The position numbers and the translations under genes were made by a program. Shown here piece after piece: positions 13,592 to 26,954 of a stretch of 64,000 nucleotides of DNA. Position 1 is the stretch's first letter. The number at the start of each line of letters is the position of its first letter. Source of the stretch: Phyllosticta citribraziliensis (Eukaryota); NCBI RefSeq assembly GCF_038025025.1, contig NW_027117350.1, positions 806,001 through 870,000 of the forward strand. The letters are read 5' to 3'. The notes below the pieces were generated by a model. That model searched no databases. It saw only the letters and a program-made list of their open reading frames with translations, and was not told the origin of the DNA.

Positions 13592-13944
13592 GGTCGGTCA
13601 AGATGCTGTGCTCCGTCTCGAATCAAAGGCAATGGTCGTCGTCGGGGCGGCCGCGAAGGTGCGTCCGCGGTTTGAGAGCCGGCGAGGGACGAGCGGAGGA
13701 GATGGTTGGGATGGTGTTGACGTTGTTGTGTGGGAAGCTGCCCTGCGCGCTCCGGCGAAAGGAAGGAATCCAAGCACCTAGACGAGAGCTCAGCACAGCC
13801 GGCTCTTGCCCGGCCGGGGTCGCGCGAACCACCACGTGATGGGGCTCGAGGCGGTGACCAGCGGCAGGATCTCGAAAACACCACGCCCGGTGCCCTCTCC
13901 AGACAGCACCATTGCCACCAGTCGCGTCGCCCATCACCGTCAAG

Positions 13945-14430
13945 ATGCCTCTCGGTGCGCTCAAGGCCGTGGCTCAGAGCCAGGTACGTCGCTGCGCCTC
14001 GCCCACGACCGCAAAGTCCGCCACCAACTGACGTGTGTGTGCGTGTGCTCAGAACGGCGTCGGCGCCTTCATCAAGCAGTGCAAGCGGCTCGACTTCCAC
14101 TACTGCGACTGGGCCGGATCGTCCAAGGGCATGATTGCCTTCCTCAAGCACACGCTGCCCGACTTCGCCAAGGCCAACTCCCACATCGAAATCACCGTGT
14201 CGCCGCGGCCGAACAAGCACCCCGTCATCAAGGGCCACTACGTCAACAAGCAGACCAGGGCCATTTGCGTCAAGAAGCTGGATCCGTTGCAGATTCTGCG
14301 AAAGGCTGAACTGCTGCGCGACTCGTCTGGTGCCATCAACAAGCGCAACACCAACAAGCCCGTCAAGAGTATCAACGAGAACGTCAGAGGCATTTGGAGT
14401 CCGTTCCACGGGGCGAGATATAAAATCTAG
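13945..14430 (+). CDS. MRPL51: Mitochondrial ribosomal protein mL43 (MrpL51)
   Basis: MPLGALKAVAQSQ, intron about 13984-14052, then NGVGAFIKQCKRLDFHYCDWAGSSKGM..NENVRGIWSPFH. Confidence 0.9.
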
Positions 14431-14616
14431 ACCACGGGGAAGCAGGGCATTGTTCATTGGGTTGGGCGGCGTCTACAGGGTTCGCGAATATCATGGATCA
14501 ATGGCTCGCAAAGAGTCGCAAAGCAGGGTTGCAAGGAAATGTATTGGTATTTTGAAATGCCATCAAAGCCGTTTCTCTACACATGTCTCATGACTATCGA
14601 TGCAAAAATTGCCCGT

Positions 14617-15645
<1,029 letters not shown>

Positions 15646-15656
15646 GATGGCGGTTT

Positions 15657-15676
15657 GGGGGGGGGGGGGGGGGGGG
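15657..15676. repeat. Poly-G run (poly-C in the TPI1 5' leader)
   Basis: About 20 consecutive G, roughly 12 nt upstream of the TPI1 ATG. Confidence 0.9.
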
Positions 15677-16364
15677 TTGATGTTGGTGTGAGTGTGGAGA
15701 AGAGGGATTGGGGTATCTTGAGAGTGTGTCGAGACGATGGAACGGCAGGTCGAAGGGTTTAAAAGAGGACGAAGAAGTTTCGGACACGGTGCCAGCTATG
15801 ATGTGAGATGGGCCGGGCACAGGAAGGAAGCTCTTTTCAGCAGGCAGGCGTCATAGGCGGGGCACGGCGGACAAGAGGGGCACGGCCGAGTCGCGGCGAC
15901 CTGGAGTGGACGGCTCCCGCGTTTAGCGTCACTCACTCATTCCTGCGCCTCTGCTGCTTCATGTCATGCCGCTGTCTCTTGTAGCCAGCCGCGCAACAAA
16001 GTCCGCTGGCCTCTTGGTACCTCTTCCCCTGCAGCTGCAACGCCCGTCGGTGTACATGTGCAGTACACCTACGGCCAAGCGCCCAAGCAGCTGAGCTGGC
16101 ACGAGCTCAGTGGACTCATGTTGTGCAACCGTGGCCGATATCGTCATGCGAGCTCAAACGATATATGCTGACGGACTTTCGTTAGACGCCGTCGCCGACG
16201 CAAATAGGGCATCGAGTGGTCGACAAGAAACCCATCATTTAAACCAATCCGTCACGGCCAATGGGCACGATTCGTCTCATCGTCTCACGAGAAGACGGTT
16301 GCGATTGTATGAGTCGTTGATGGCGAGCAGAAACGATACCTGAGGTAGTTGTACGTAGGAGACT

Positions 16365-18743
16365 TCACGCACCCCGGTGTCCTCGAAAATAGCGCAGACC
16401 CTTCATCCCGTCCTCTCTTCTCCACCGCCCTTGCCCCTGCCCCTGCTCACTCACCCCCCACGGCCATACTGCCCCCTGCTCACCACCAACGTACGCCACC
16501 CACTCGCCATCCCTCCCCCCTCTTGATCTCGACCGCGACCGCGATCTCGTCTCGCGCTGGCGCTGCCGCCGTACACATGTCACTCTACTCCTACTCCGAC
16601 TTCTGCTCCCAGACCTAGATCTGGACCGTCGAGCTGGCCGCTCCCGTGCCACGCCACGGACTATGTTTACTCTCGCATCACTCCTCTCCCCACCACTTCG
16701 CTCACTGGCTCGACCGGCCGGCGGTACTTGCCACACCCATTCCTCGCAGGGTGCAAGCTGAGTCTGAAGACGAGGACGCGAATGGCCATGAGGCGGCAAC
16801 GGTGCTGGAACCGGCAGCGCCAGCATCTGCGGCGCCGGCCTCCCACGGTGAGCAGTGTGGTACCGCTCAGACCGCACGAGCGGCTGTGACCGCAGCATCG
16901 CACTGCCATGCTGCGTCGGCGGTGGCAGCGGCGGGTAGTCCCGCCTATCATGGCCATAGTTGACGGCGTAAAGCGCTCCAACGCCATTGTCGTGGTCGTA
17001 CCGGCGGGCGTGCCGCGGCGATGGAGACGGCGAGCGATGCCGTGAGGATGAGGCCCAGTGGTACACATCCCTATTTCGACTTCGACTTCTGCTACGACTT
17101 CTACTGCTGCTCCGGCGCCAACGCCTCCGTCGCTCCTCTTCTCTGCGCGGGACGAACGCGCCGTCATTGCGCTCTCGCGGCGACGTCCTGCGTCCAGCCT
17201 CTGCCCGAACCACCCAGCGTTCATCACGCGGCGAGCGCGACGCCGACGACGGTGGCGAGCTGTAACCTTCGCTCGCGGCCGACGACAAGATGGTCCGGAC
17301 CCGCGTGCTGACCGTCGACGAAGAACGGCGGCTACTACTGCGCGAACGAGACGACGCCCTTTTACTGCCGCGAGAAAGCGCCTCGACGCTTCTGCTGCGG
17401 CTGCGGCTGCGGCTGCGCCCGCGGCGACGATCGCGTGGGCGAGATGCTTGGTCTTGTGGGGAGTTGGTGTGGCGGTTGTGGATGGGGATGGGGACGGGGC
17501 CGTGGGGTACGGTGATGTTTATGATGTTGGGATTGGTACTTCCGTGTTTTGAAGCGGATACCCTTTCCTGCGGTAAGTGTCTGGCCGGCTTGCCTGGCTT
17601 TGCACGGCCGTCGTATGCCGCAGACCGCGACGAGCGGCTGTTCTTTGCCGATTTGGGCTGTGGCATCGGCGGCGGCGGTGGAGGCAAGTCGACTTCAGAT
17701 TCGGAGGAATCCGTGTCGACGAGATCGAGCATTGCAGCTGACGGGCCCCTCGTCCGGTCGTTTGCTCTTTGTCGTGTTTTCTCGGCCTGGCCTGCGAACG
17801 CTCTACTGGTGACCGGCGCAGAGAGAATGGGGGGTGGCGAGGCAGGATAAGGGGGACTCGGCATTCTGCCTCGCGGTGATTCAGGGGCTTTTGTGACAGG
17901 GACTGCGTGTCTGGCTCCCGGCGGCGTCGGAGGAGGCGGAGGATATCCGTCATTCGAGTCTACTCGAACGAGAGGGGGAGGCTGTACGGCGGCCGGAAAG
18001 ACTGACGGATAGTGGCCTCTACCATCCTCATCGGTTGGGTAGGGAGGAAGCACAGGAGCCGGCGGTTTCGACGCCTTCAAGATTCCCGTTGGTCTGGAGA
18101 CATGGCTGTCCAGCGGTGGCCAAGGTGTTTGTCTCGCAGCGGGTGCTGCGCCGATGGTTACGTCGATGTCAACAGGACTGGCTGCGCGGACTGGACCCGC
18201 AACCAGCACTGCAGCGTCCACGACCGAGTTGTCCCTCCGCACGCTCCGCAACCCATCACCCAAACCCTCCTCCCTCTTCAAAATAACATCAACCTGCCTC
18301 ACCTCCTCCGCCCGCACCAACGCACCCCTCCACCCCCTCTTCACCACCGCCCTCGCATCCTGCGTCACGCACGCCAGCACCCACACCACCCCCTCCCTCC
18401 CCTCGCGCCTCCGCACCTCCTCCAGCAGCGCATCCACCATGTCCCTCTTGCGGTCGCCCAGGAGCCGGTACTGCTCGGCGGCGCTCCTGGCCGGGCGCTT
18501 GGCTTTGGCCGTCGCGGCGAGGGAGTGCCGCGCCATGCGGCCGAGCTCGTCGGAGCTGTAGGCCATGGGTGCTTTGTGGTAGCGTGTCCAGGAAGCGTTT
18601 TCCCCGGGCGAGCTCGCGCGCCGGAAGTACCAGCCGTGGAACGTCTTTTGGATGGGGTGGGCGGCGGTCAGGGGGAGATGCGTGTTGGCCTGGGGCCGCA
18701 CGTTTCCCCTGGCATCGGGAGGGGGGTGGGTGATTGGTGCCAT
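16365..18743 (-). CDS. Hypothetical Pro/Ser/Arg-rich protein with RS-dipeptide tracts and a short ordered N-terminal region
   Basis: Uninterrupted 891-codon ORF with likely ATG at 18743 (MAPITHPP). Several RSRSRSRS runs; N-terminal segment WYFRRA..SWTR..QYRLL..WVLACV..VDVILKR. Confidence 0.6.
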   Translation of the reverse strand: MAPITHPPPDARGNVRPQANTHLPLTAAHPIQKTFHGWYFRRASSPGENASWTRYHKAPMAYSSDELGRMARHSLAATAKAKRPARSAAEQYRLLGDRKRDMVDALLEEVRRREGREGVVWVLACVTQDARAVVKRGWRGALVRAEEVRQVDVILKREEGLGDGLRSVRRDNSVVDAAVLVAGPVRAASPVDIDVTIGAAPAARQTPWPPLDSHVSRPTGILKASKPPAPVLPPYPTDEDGRGHYPSVFPAAVQPPPLVRVDSNDGYPPPPPTPPGARHAVPVTKAPESPRGRMPSPPYPASPPPILSAPVTSRAFAGQAEKTRQRANDRTRGPSAAMLDLVDTDSSESEVDLPPPPPPMPQPKSAKNSRSSRSAAYDGRAKPGKPARHLPQERVSASKHGSTNPNIINITVPHGPVPIPIHNRHTNSPQDQASRPRDRRRGRSRSRSRSRSVEALSRGSKRASSRSRSSSRRSSSTVSTRVRTILSSAASEGYSSPPSSASRSPRDERWVVRAEAGRRTSPRERNDGAFVPRREEERRRRWRRSSSRSRSRSRSRNRDVYHWASSSRHRSPSPSPRHARRYDHDNGVGALYAVNYGHDRRDYPPLPPPTQHGSAMLRSQPLVRSERYHTAHRGRPAPQMLALPVPAPLPPHGHSRPRLQTQLAPCEEWVWQVPPAGRASERSGGERSDARVNIVRGVARERPARRSRSRSGSRSRSRSRVTCVRRQRQRETRSRSRSRSRGGRDGEWVAYVGGEQGAVWPWGVSEQGQGQGRWRREDGMKGLRYFRGHRGA

Positions 18744-20682
18744 GGATGCTGGGTGGATTGTGTCTCTCTTTTGGTCGCAGGAGGCAGTCGTTTGCTCCGG
18801 CCTGGAATTGGCTTTGGGCTGTGATGGGTGTGTGATTGTGGCGTAACCGACCAAGCAAAAGCTCAAGGAACAAAAGGCGAGTGGACTGCCATGCAGCGTG
18901 ATATACCTGCCAGGGAAAAATAGAGTTCGACAGTGCAGGACGTGAGGCCTTGGGCACGAGCACATCAGTCCAGTCCAGCGTAAGGTATTTAAAGACTCGG
19001 CCGCCGTCTTTTCGCAGGTGCCGCAGTACTTCACTTGCACGGAAGCTGTGCAGCGAACTCACCACCTCTGACCGCGAGATCGCGCGCGCAAAACCGCCGG
19101 GCTCTCTCCACAATCTCCTCAAAGCCCACAGCAGCAAACCCGCAACCAAGCACATCTCGCCCTGTCTTTTTGCCCACGCACCCGGACAGCGACGACGAGA
19201 GCGAGCCAAAGCGGCGAATCAGAGCCCAGTCGACCACCTCGCACGCCGTCGAGGTGTGCCCGGTGAGCGCGATGACTGCGCGCCCTACCTTTCCCACAAC
19301 CCAGACAGACAGACGGCCAGGTAACAGCAGCAGCAGCCGCCGAACAGACGCGTTCTCACGTCCGCGCAAAACAAAACAGCGCGCGGAGATGCGAATGGAT
19401 ATGGTGCAAGGCTGGCCGATCAGATCAGATCAGTCCCAGCAGGCCGCGTTCCCGCAAAATAGACGTCCAAGCTGTTTGGCCGACGTGCAGTCCAGTCCGC
19501 CTCGCACTCTCCGCGCACTCGCACTGCCAATCAACGGAGACCTTGGCCGGTCACGCATGCGGGTAAAAGCGCGAATGGTCGGTATGTGTGGCGTCGGACG
19601 GTGTCTGCTTCGCCGCAGAACCGCAGAACCGCAGGCAGGGCTGGGTGTCAGACGCGCTCTGCGAGATAGCCAGGCGGCGGATTGCAACGCGGGGGCTTGG
19701 GGGCGGCTGCGTCGCGCTTGATGGAGCGCGATGGCGTTGCGTTGTGTTTGGCTGGCTTCGGTCGTGGGTGTGCACAGGCGCTGTGAGGATGTGCGGAGGT
19801 GTTGGCGGGCTACTTGCGGGAAGACCGACTGCGCGGCGGCTGAGCAATGCTTTCTTCCAGCAATTTTACGCTGTTCTCGAGGCGCGTGGAGTTGACAAGG
19901 GAGGTTGAGTAGAGCATTAGCCTCGTTCTCGAGTCCGCAAAAGAAGAGAATCAGATTGGAGAAGCAATGCGGGAGGTGTTTTCGAAATAGATCCACAAAG
20001 CCCCGGCGCGGTATCCAGAAAAGTACATGCACGGCAGTATAAACGCACACGAGGCCTTCATAAACAGAGTGACATTGATGGCCTTGCTCGCTCGCCCGCC
20101 CGCCCTAGCTGCACCAACTCCATCGCGTCGCATCCTTCAACAGCAGTAGCCCAGCGTGAAGAAATCCCCACATTAACAATACCCAAGATGCCGCAGTCGA
20201 TCGACCACCAATCAACGTCGAGCAACAATGCAAAAGTGGGTTGGAAAAAAAAAAAAAAACAGAGGCTGGATTAAAAATTCGAATGCTACAATTAATTTGT
20301 AGTGGTGGTGTAGTGGGTGGCTAACCTGACGAATGCATTCCATGCGTGCGGTGGTGGGGTTGGGGGGGCTCCTCAGGTATCATGACTGATGGCGGAACAG
20401 AAGAAAAGACGACGACGACGAATGGGAAAAACGGCGACGAAGAAAAAAGGGGGCCGCGCCTCTCAAAAGATTTCGCCAATCGGAGGAGGGAAAAAGCTAT
20501 CGTTACAGAAGAGAGGAACATGCGTCAAACATGAGGCAGCGCGCTGTCTATTCTGAATCAGATGATGCACGACCGAACCAGTGAAAGCGCGAGCCAATTT
20601 GCTCCAGCGTGGGTGTCGGTCTAATGATGCCATGCAGTAGGCGGGGAGGTATTATGGGAGAGGTCTGCTCGGAGGAGCTCGC

Positions 20683-22755
20683 TCATCTCAATGGCATCTT
20701 GACGTCCTCGACACCCCGCTTGATTACCTCCCCAAGAGGCCACCTCGGCGGGGTTGCCGGGGGCATCTTGCCAGTTCTTTCCATCTCCTGCCTAATCTGA
20801 TATTCTTCTTCGTTGATCATGCCGTCAGGGATGGGTGCAGCACCGCCCGCGATGCCGCTGGAAAACTTGAGCTGCAAAATGTCGCCCACCTGGTCACAGG
20901 CCGCAAGCATGCGGTCCAGGTCATCTTTGTTGTGGGCGGCAGAGACACAGAAGCGAGCCCGAGAAGATACGAGCGGAGTGGCAGGATAGCCAACGACGAC
21001 GACGGAAATTTTGCGCTTCAGCATCTCGTGCGAGAAGGCAGGCATCTTTGCAGGGTTGTAGAGCATGACTGGGACGATGGGCGAGTCGTCGTGGCCATAA
21101 ACAATGAATCCGAGGCGCTTGAGACCGAGACGAAGGTAGCGAGAGTTGAAAGCGAGTCTTTGCAGACGCTCCTCACCCTGACCGGGCATGAGCTCACCGT
21201 TCATCAGCTTCAAAGCACTTTGAATCTGAATGATGACTGGTGGCGAAGGCGCTTCTCCGTAAACGTTGCACGCGTTGGAAACACGCAGTTTGTCAATAAT
21301 GTGCTTCTCAGCCGCAATGTAACCGCCATTGGCACCGAATGACTTGGTCAAAGTGCCCATGAGAACATCGACTTCGGCAGGGTCGACACCAAAGTAATCG
21401 CAGACTCCGCGGCCGTTGGGTCCCAGCGCGCCAATCGAGTGGGCCTCGTCGACAAAGAGGTGGAACTTGTATTTCCTCTTGAGCTGGATCATCGATGGTA
21501 AATTGCAAATGGTGCCTTCCATGGAATACAGTCCCTCGACGGCAACGAGAATCTTCTTCCAGGGACGGTGTGTTCGGGGCTGTCCGTTCGAAATAGCGTC
21601 TCTCAAGACGCGCTCGAGATCTTTCATGTTATTGTGCTTGAATCCCATAATCATGGCTCCCGACAGTCTAGAACCAAACCGGATCGAGGAGTGGTTCAGT
21701 TCATCAGAGATAAGCAGACATCCCTTGCCAACCAACGCCGGAAAAGTGGTAGCGTTTGTCACGAAGCCCATGGAGAACACCATGGCTGACGGCTTGCCCA
21801 CAAACTTGGCAATCTGGTCCTCGACCTCGAGGTGCAGGTTGTTGGTACCGACATCGGAGCGCGGGCTGCACAAGCTCACACCGTACTTCTTGATGCCCTC
21901 CTCCACAGCGTCGGCGCACGGGCCTTCGGACTGAGCAAAGCCGAGATAGTTGTAGGAGCTCAGATTCAGGGTCTCGGTGGTGGTGCCAGTCAGCTTGAAG
22001 GTATTGTTGTAGTCTTCCGAGGTGCGATCGAGCAGGTTGATGTACCGTCCCGGAACGCCGGTGATTGGTCTAGCAAAGCAGTCGTTGATGCGCATCTTTA
22101 GGCGTCTGACGTAAAAGTTGTCGAAATCGCTGTTCAAGGGCGCATATCCATCCTGAGCCCGCAAATGCTTGTAGTTGTCTTGCTTGAACCTCTTTCCGAA
22201 GAAATCGCGGACGTGGCCGAAGATGATCAGGATCAGGTAGCTAATGTACGTCGTGAGGAGAAAGTAATACGGCGGCTCGTCTTCTATCGGATCGGGGAAA
22301 TGATCCTCTAGAAACTTGCTCGAGTACAAATGGTCCTTGGAGGCAAGAGGCGCAAACTCGGCGTGCTGCTTGGCGATGCGGCGCGCCTCCTCTGGCGAAG
22401 GCGGCTGGAACAAGGTTGTTGTCATGGGCACGGTAGTTGTTGTCATTGTCGTGGTCGCCGAATCATCCATCTTGGTGCCGTCGTGCTTTTCGCCGGTCGC
22501 CGTAGACAGGCAGATGGTCGGTAGCGACAGAGTCGAGGAATTGATGTGCTGGGGCGAAGAAGACTTGAGGATTGCCTGCTGCTGGGCTGCAAGCGCGGCC
22601 TGGAGCGCAGCAGCGTCGGGGCTCTTTGACTTTGGCGACGAGAAGAAGGCGCTGAATCTGTTGTTCTTGGAGACGGACGAGCGGGCAGAGGCCTTTTCGT
22701 CGAGCGAGGAGATGGAGGAGTTGTTTGAAAAGAGGTTTATCGAGCGGGTAGGCAT
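20683..22755 (-). CDS. LCB2: Serine palmitoyltransferase catalytic subunit LCB2
   Basis: LNLSSYNYLGFA, ISDELNHSSI, VDEAHSIGA and PLP lysine motif GTLTKSFG; intronless 690 aa. Confidence 0.97.
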   Translation of the reverse strand: MPTRSINLFSNNSSISSLDEKASARSSVSKNNRFSAFFSSPKSKSPDAAALQAALAAQQQAILKSSSPQHINSSTLSLPTICLSTATGEKHDGTKMDDSATTTMTTTTVPMTTTLFQPPSPEEARRIAKQHAEFAPLASKDHLYSSKFLEDHFPDPIEDEPPYYFLLTTYISYLILIIFGHVRDFFGKRFKQDNYKHLRAQDGYAPLNSDFDNFYVRRLKMRINDCFARPITGVPGRYINLLDRTSEDYNNTFKLTGTTTETLNLSSYNYLGFAQSEGPCADAVEEGIKKYGVSLCSPRSDVGTNNLHLEVEDQIAKFVGKPSAMVFSMGFVTNATTFPALVGKGCLLISDELNHSSIRFGSRLSGAMIMGFKHNNMKDLERVLRDAISNGQPRTHRPWKKILVAVEGLYSMEGTICNLPSMIQLKRKYKFHLFVDEAHSIGALGPNGRGVCDYFGVDPAEVDVLMGTLTKSFGANGGYIAAEKHIIDKLRVSNACNVYGEAPSPPVIIQIQSALKLMNGELMPGQGEERLQRLAFNSRYLRLGLKRLGFIVYGHDDSPIVPVMLYNPAKMPAFSHEMLKRKISVVVVGYPATPLVSSRARFCVSAAHNKDDLDRMLAACDQVGDILQLKFSSGIAGGAAPIPDGMINEEEYQIRQEMERTGKMPPATPPRWPLGEVIKRGVEDVKMPLR

Positions 22756-22910
22756 TGCAAAAGATTATTCCAGGGGCCAGACGGGCGGAGAGCGGTTCCT
22801 TGGAAGCTCCGGGTGCTGGCTCTTGGGGTCGAAGGTGCAGACGGGAGGGGGCCGGCCGAGTTGATCAAGGCGCGTGAAATTTGCAGCAGTGGCGCCTATT
22901 CCCCTGACGA

Positions 22911-23075
22911 CTGTGTAATGTCAGTAACACGGCACGGTGATGCAGGGCTTGGTCGTGGATAAGGGAAAAGGTCAGGTCGTGGTGAACGGGAGTCTGGCGG
23001 AGGAGCATGTATTTGTGCCGGATGCGCCGGAGGCAAGAGCGGAATGCACGGGGGAAAGAGGAAGTAAGGAGATAC
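22911..23075 (-). other. Probable 5'-UTR intron of LCB2
   Basis: Minus strand AAAAG|GTATCT at 23075 and ACTGAC-ATTACACAG ending at 22911, upstream of the LCB2 ATG. Confidence 0.45.
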
Positions 23076-23855
23076 CTTTTCCCCAGACCAGCGACAATCA
23101 GCGAAGGTCGTGAGCAGCGCTTGAGTGAAAAAAGGAAAGCCACGTTGAGGGTGGTACGGAGCTGGGGCAGAGGCGGCAAATGTGGCGTGGTGCGGTGCCT
23201 GCGTTCCCTGTGCTGCGGTGCGTGTACGGAAGTGTGCCGGCCGGGACGAGAAGTGGTTGCAATGGAGCTCTTTCGGAGACGTGAGGGACGCACGCGGGCA
23301 AGCCGAACGGAAGCCGGACGCACGCCGGACGAGACGAGATGGGAGCGAGGAACGAGAATCAAGTCAACAGGGCGAGTTGTAAGAAAGAGAGAGGTCCAGG
23401 TCAGCGCAGGATGGAAATTGCACGTCTGGGCCGGGCGGGCGTCCGGGTAGTGATAAGCCGGCCGCGTTCCGCTCTCTCTCTCTCTCTCTCTCTCTGTCCG
23501 TCTCTGTCTGTCTCTCGCATCGGCCGGGCTGTCAGGGGCACACCGCCCCGGGGCCAGGGCTCAACCTAGCGCCCTACCTTAGGCTTCCACTCGGCTCGAC
23601 AGCGACAGCGACAGCGTTGGCTCGTTGGCTGCGCCCTATCACCTAGAGCCTGCCACTGCCTACCGTAGCCATCCCCGCTCGCCACTGCGTCATGCCATCA
23701 TATCCACGACACCACACAAATCAATCAATTACATTGATCCTGACAAAATCCCCATTCTCAACTGGAGCCTCACCGCCGCCCTTCCGCCGTGTGCCGGCTT
23801 GGCCCCTCTTTTTCTGCTGCTCCAACGAGACTTGCCTATTCGGGCAGCCGACGAC

Positions 23856-25318
23856 ATGGCAACCAAAACCCTCGCCGTGTGGGCCATCAACCTTGACTTT
23901 GACACTCTGCCCGCCTCCGTAGTCGAAGCCGCCGCCCGCTCTTTTCACAACTGGGCCGGCTGCGCTGTAGGCGGCAGCGCCCACCCAGCGACCGCCATCG
24001 CGCGCAAGACGCTGGCCACTTTCGCCGGAGCTCCCACGTCGTCGATGCTTGGCTCCCCAGACAAGACGGATGCGCAAACGGCCGCGCTCGTCAACGGCAT
24101 CAGCAGCCACGTCTACGACTATGACGATACCCACTTGGCAACTGTCATCCATCCGGCCGGCCCAGTAGCTTCGGCCCTGCTTGCCGCCGCCCAAATGCAA
24201 AATCTCGCTCCCGTCAGCGGCAAAGACTTCATCGTCGCCTTGGTCGCGGGCATCGAGGCCGCCTGCAAACTCGGCCTTGCAGTCTATCCCGACCACTACG
24301 ACGTGGGCTGGCACATTACAGGCACGGCAGGGTCCATAGGCGCCGCTGTCGCCGTGGCCAAACTCCTCAAACTCGACGTGCGGCCCATGCAGTGGGCGAT
24401 TGGCATCGCGGCAACCCAAGTTACAGGCCTGCGGGAGCAGTTTGGAAGCATGACCAAGTCGTTCCATCCGGGACGCGCCGCGCAAAACGGCCTGCTGGCC
24501 GCAATGCTCGCGACCAACGGCTACGACAGCTCCCTCGCGTCGCTCGAGGCTAAGCGCGGCTGGGCCAGCGTCGTGAGCGCCTCACACAAGCTCGAAACGG
24601 TGCTCCAGGGGCTGGGTCACACGTGGGAGACTGAACAAAACACGTTCAAGCCGTTTCCTTGCGGTACATCCAACACCATTGTTTTCTCGCCCCTTGGCAA
24701 AGTGAAAAGCGAAAAGCGAAAAGCGAAAGAGAAAGGTGCGACGGAAATAATCCCCGAACACGCTGATGAAATCCCACAGGCATCGTCATCCATCCCGCCA
24801 TCGACGGCGCCATCCAAATCCACAACGAAACCAAGCATCAAGACCTCGACGCCGTAAACATCCACAGCGTCCAACTCTCCGTGCACCCGTTAGTCCTCGA
24901 GCTGACGGGCAAACGCAACCCGCGGACGGGACTGGAAGCAAAATTCAGCGTCTATCACGGCGCCGCCGTGGGCCTGCTCTTCGGCCGCGCCGGACTCGCT
25001 CAGTTCGCCGACGACGTCGCCACTCATCCGACGGTGGTCCACTTGCGCGACAAGGTCAGCGCGACCCCCGACGCGTCTCTGCGCCCCGACGAGGCGCGCG
25101 TGCGCGTGGATTTCGGTAGCGGCGCCGTCAGTGAAAAGCATGTGCGCCACGCCGTGGGCAGCCTGGAAGTCCCCATGACCAACGAGCAGCTTGATGCTAA
25201 GTTTCTTGAGCAGTGCGCGCCTGTCCTGGGAGATGAGGGCGCCAGGAACGCTTCGCGTGTCTGTTGGGGCTTGAAAGATGCAAAAAATGTGGGTGTGATT
25301 GCCGAAGCCCTGCACTGA
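23856..25318 (+). CDS. MmgE/PrpD family protein (IDS-epimerase / cis-aconitate decarboxylase-like branch)
   Basis: NGISSHVYDYDDTH, IHPAG, GWHITG, TKSFHPGRAAQNG, FKPFPCG|IVIHP (intron 24664-24779), AKFSVYHGAA. Confidence 0.88.
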
Positions 25319-26954
25319 GAGGTGTATAGTGAGCGAGGCGTGCTTCATGTGGTTTTTTTCTTTTCTTGTGATTTCGCGTGTCTTTCGTCCCTGCATGAAC
25401 TTCCCATCAGGCAAAGCGGTTGCGTGCGTAAGTGCAGTCAGCTCAGGTCAGAATTGCACCACTTTACAGTTTGGAGCCCACACTCCGAGCCGCTCCCGTC
25501 TGACTGTAGTAGGAAGCTTCGCATCGTGGTGGCGGCGCGTCTCGGCGTGATTCTGCCGCTACTGCAGGAACTGCGATTCTCTTAATGTTCTTGGCTTCCC
25601 CTGCAGTTTTGAAAAGTCTCCGGCGGGCTTTGGTCGTTGGTTAACAGGAGGCTGGCCCTGCTTTTGGACAAACTTTGGTCATGGGTGAAACTTGTTTCCA
25701 GGTTGTGTGCCAGGGACCAACCTTTGGTTACGTGTATCATGGAGCGTAAGGAGACAAAACACCAGACACAATTCGGTGGATGTGAAATCGCTGCACTCCT
25801 GATGCTTCAATGGTCATGCCCGCGCCCACAGATTCGACAACCCAGGTCTGCTTTGGGAAGGCAGAAGATTTACCCAAAAACGGAAAGTGTCGAGTCACTG
25901 CCAGCCAGCAGCATCACCCGGATGTTGTCTGCTCGATCCATCCGCGAGGCTGCCGCAAAAATTGAGGCGGCGCTTGTGAAATAGGGCGCACTTGTCAATC
26001 AGGAGGTGGGGCAGCATTCAACCATCTGGTCATGGAAGACATGTCCATGTCCTGACAACTCAATAGAATCGGCTCACTTGCGCAGAAAAGAATTGATGCT
26101 CTGCGTTTGGATATCACTGCTGATTTATTCAGCGTCCGGAGATCGCAGAGTCGGCCGTTTTGACGGAGAATTGCGGACATGTTCTTGAAGGTATTGATCT
26201 CGCAAGGTTTAAGAAAATATGGTCCTTTGCTGGAACTGTGAAGGGGTCGAGGAGGAGAATAGTGATTTTCATTGTGGCGTCATTTGCCTTGTCGTGTTGA
26301 AGGTCTGACACTTGGGAGTATACAAAATGTCGTGCATGGCACGTACAAGTAAAGCCTCCGCGACTTGCTGTTTAAACACTCCTATGTATGCCCTCAGGTA
26401 GCTTGGCTACTGCTTGTCAGTCAACTATTGAAGCGTATGAACGTTCCTCTACGTCTTGTTGTGGTGCAGGAGTTTGAAGACCAAGTTGCGCTGCGCCTGG
26501 CTGCTTGCGCAGGCTTATGTGTTGTTCTGGTGGGTTTTCTTTCTAGACTTCCGATGTGGATCGCTGTTGAAGAAGACCTCGACAGAGCTGAAATGGTCTG
26601 TTCAAGTTGCAAAAGTCCGGGGCGTTGGTCTTCCGCTGTAATTGGGTGCGCAGACTTCAATTGGCGACCTCAGAGCATGGGAGGGTACCTGTGTCAGTTT
26701 GATCGAGCATTGAGGCGGCACGCATAAACAATAGGCGAGGGCAATGGTAAAAGCAAGCCGAGTGCTTGGTGTTGTGGACGTCTCGGTGCTCGCACTTGGC
26801 AGGGCAGCTGCGCATGGGCGGAGGATAGTTGTTCCGACCAGGCTCGCGTCGCCCCACGAAACTTGGATTTTGCATCGCGGCCCATATTCGATATTGACGA
26901 CGCCGACGACGACCTCCCTCACCACCCAACGACACCAACCCCCCAGTCGACAAG

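Noticed and set aside
25600..26730. Lower-GC stretch with short broken ORFs; possible pseudogene or transposon relic
   Set aside because: No recognisable protein motif, terminal repeat or consistent reading frame.
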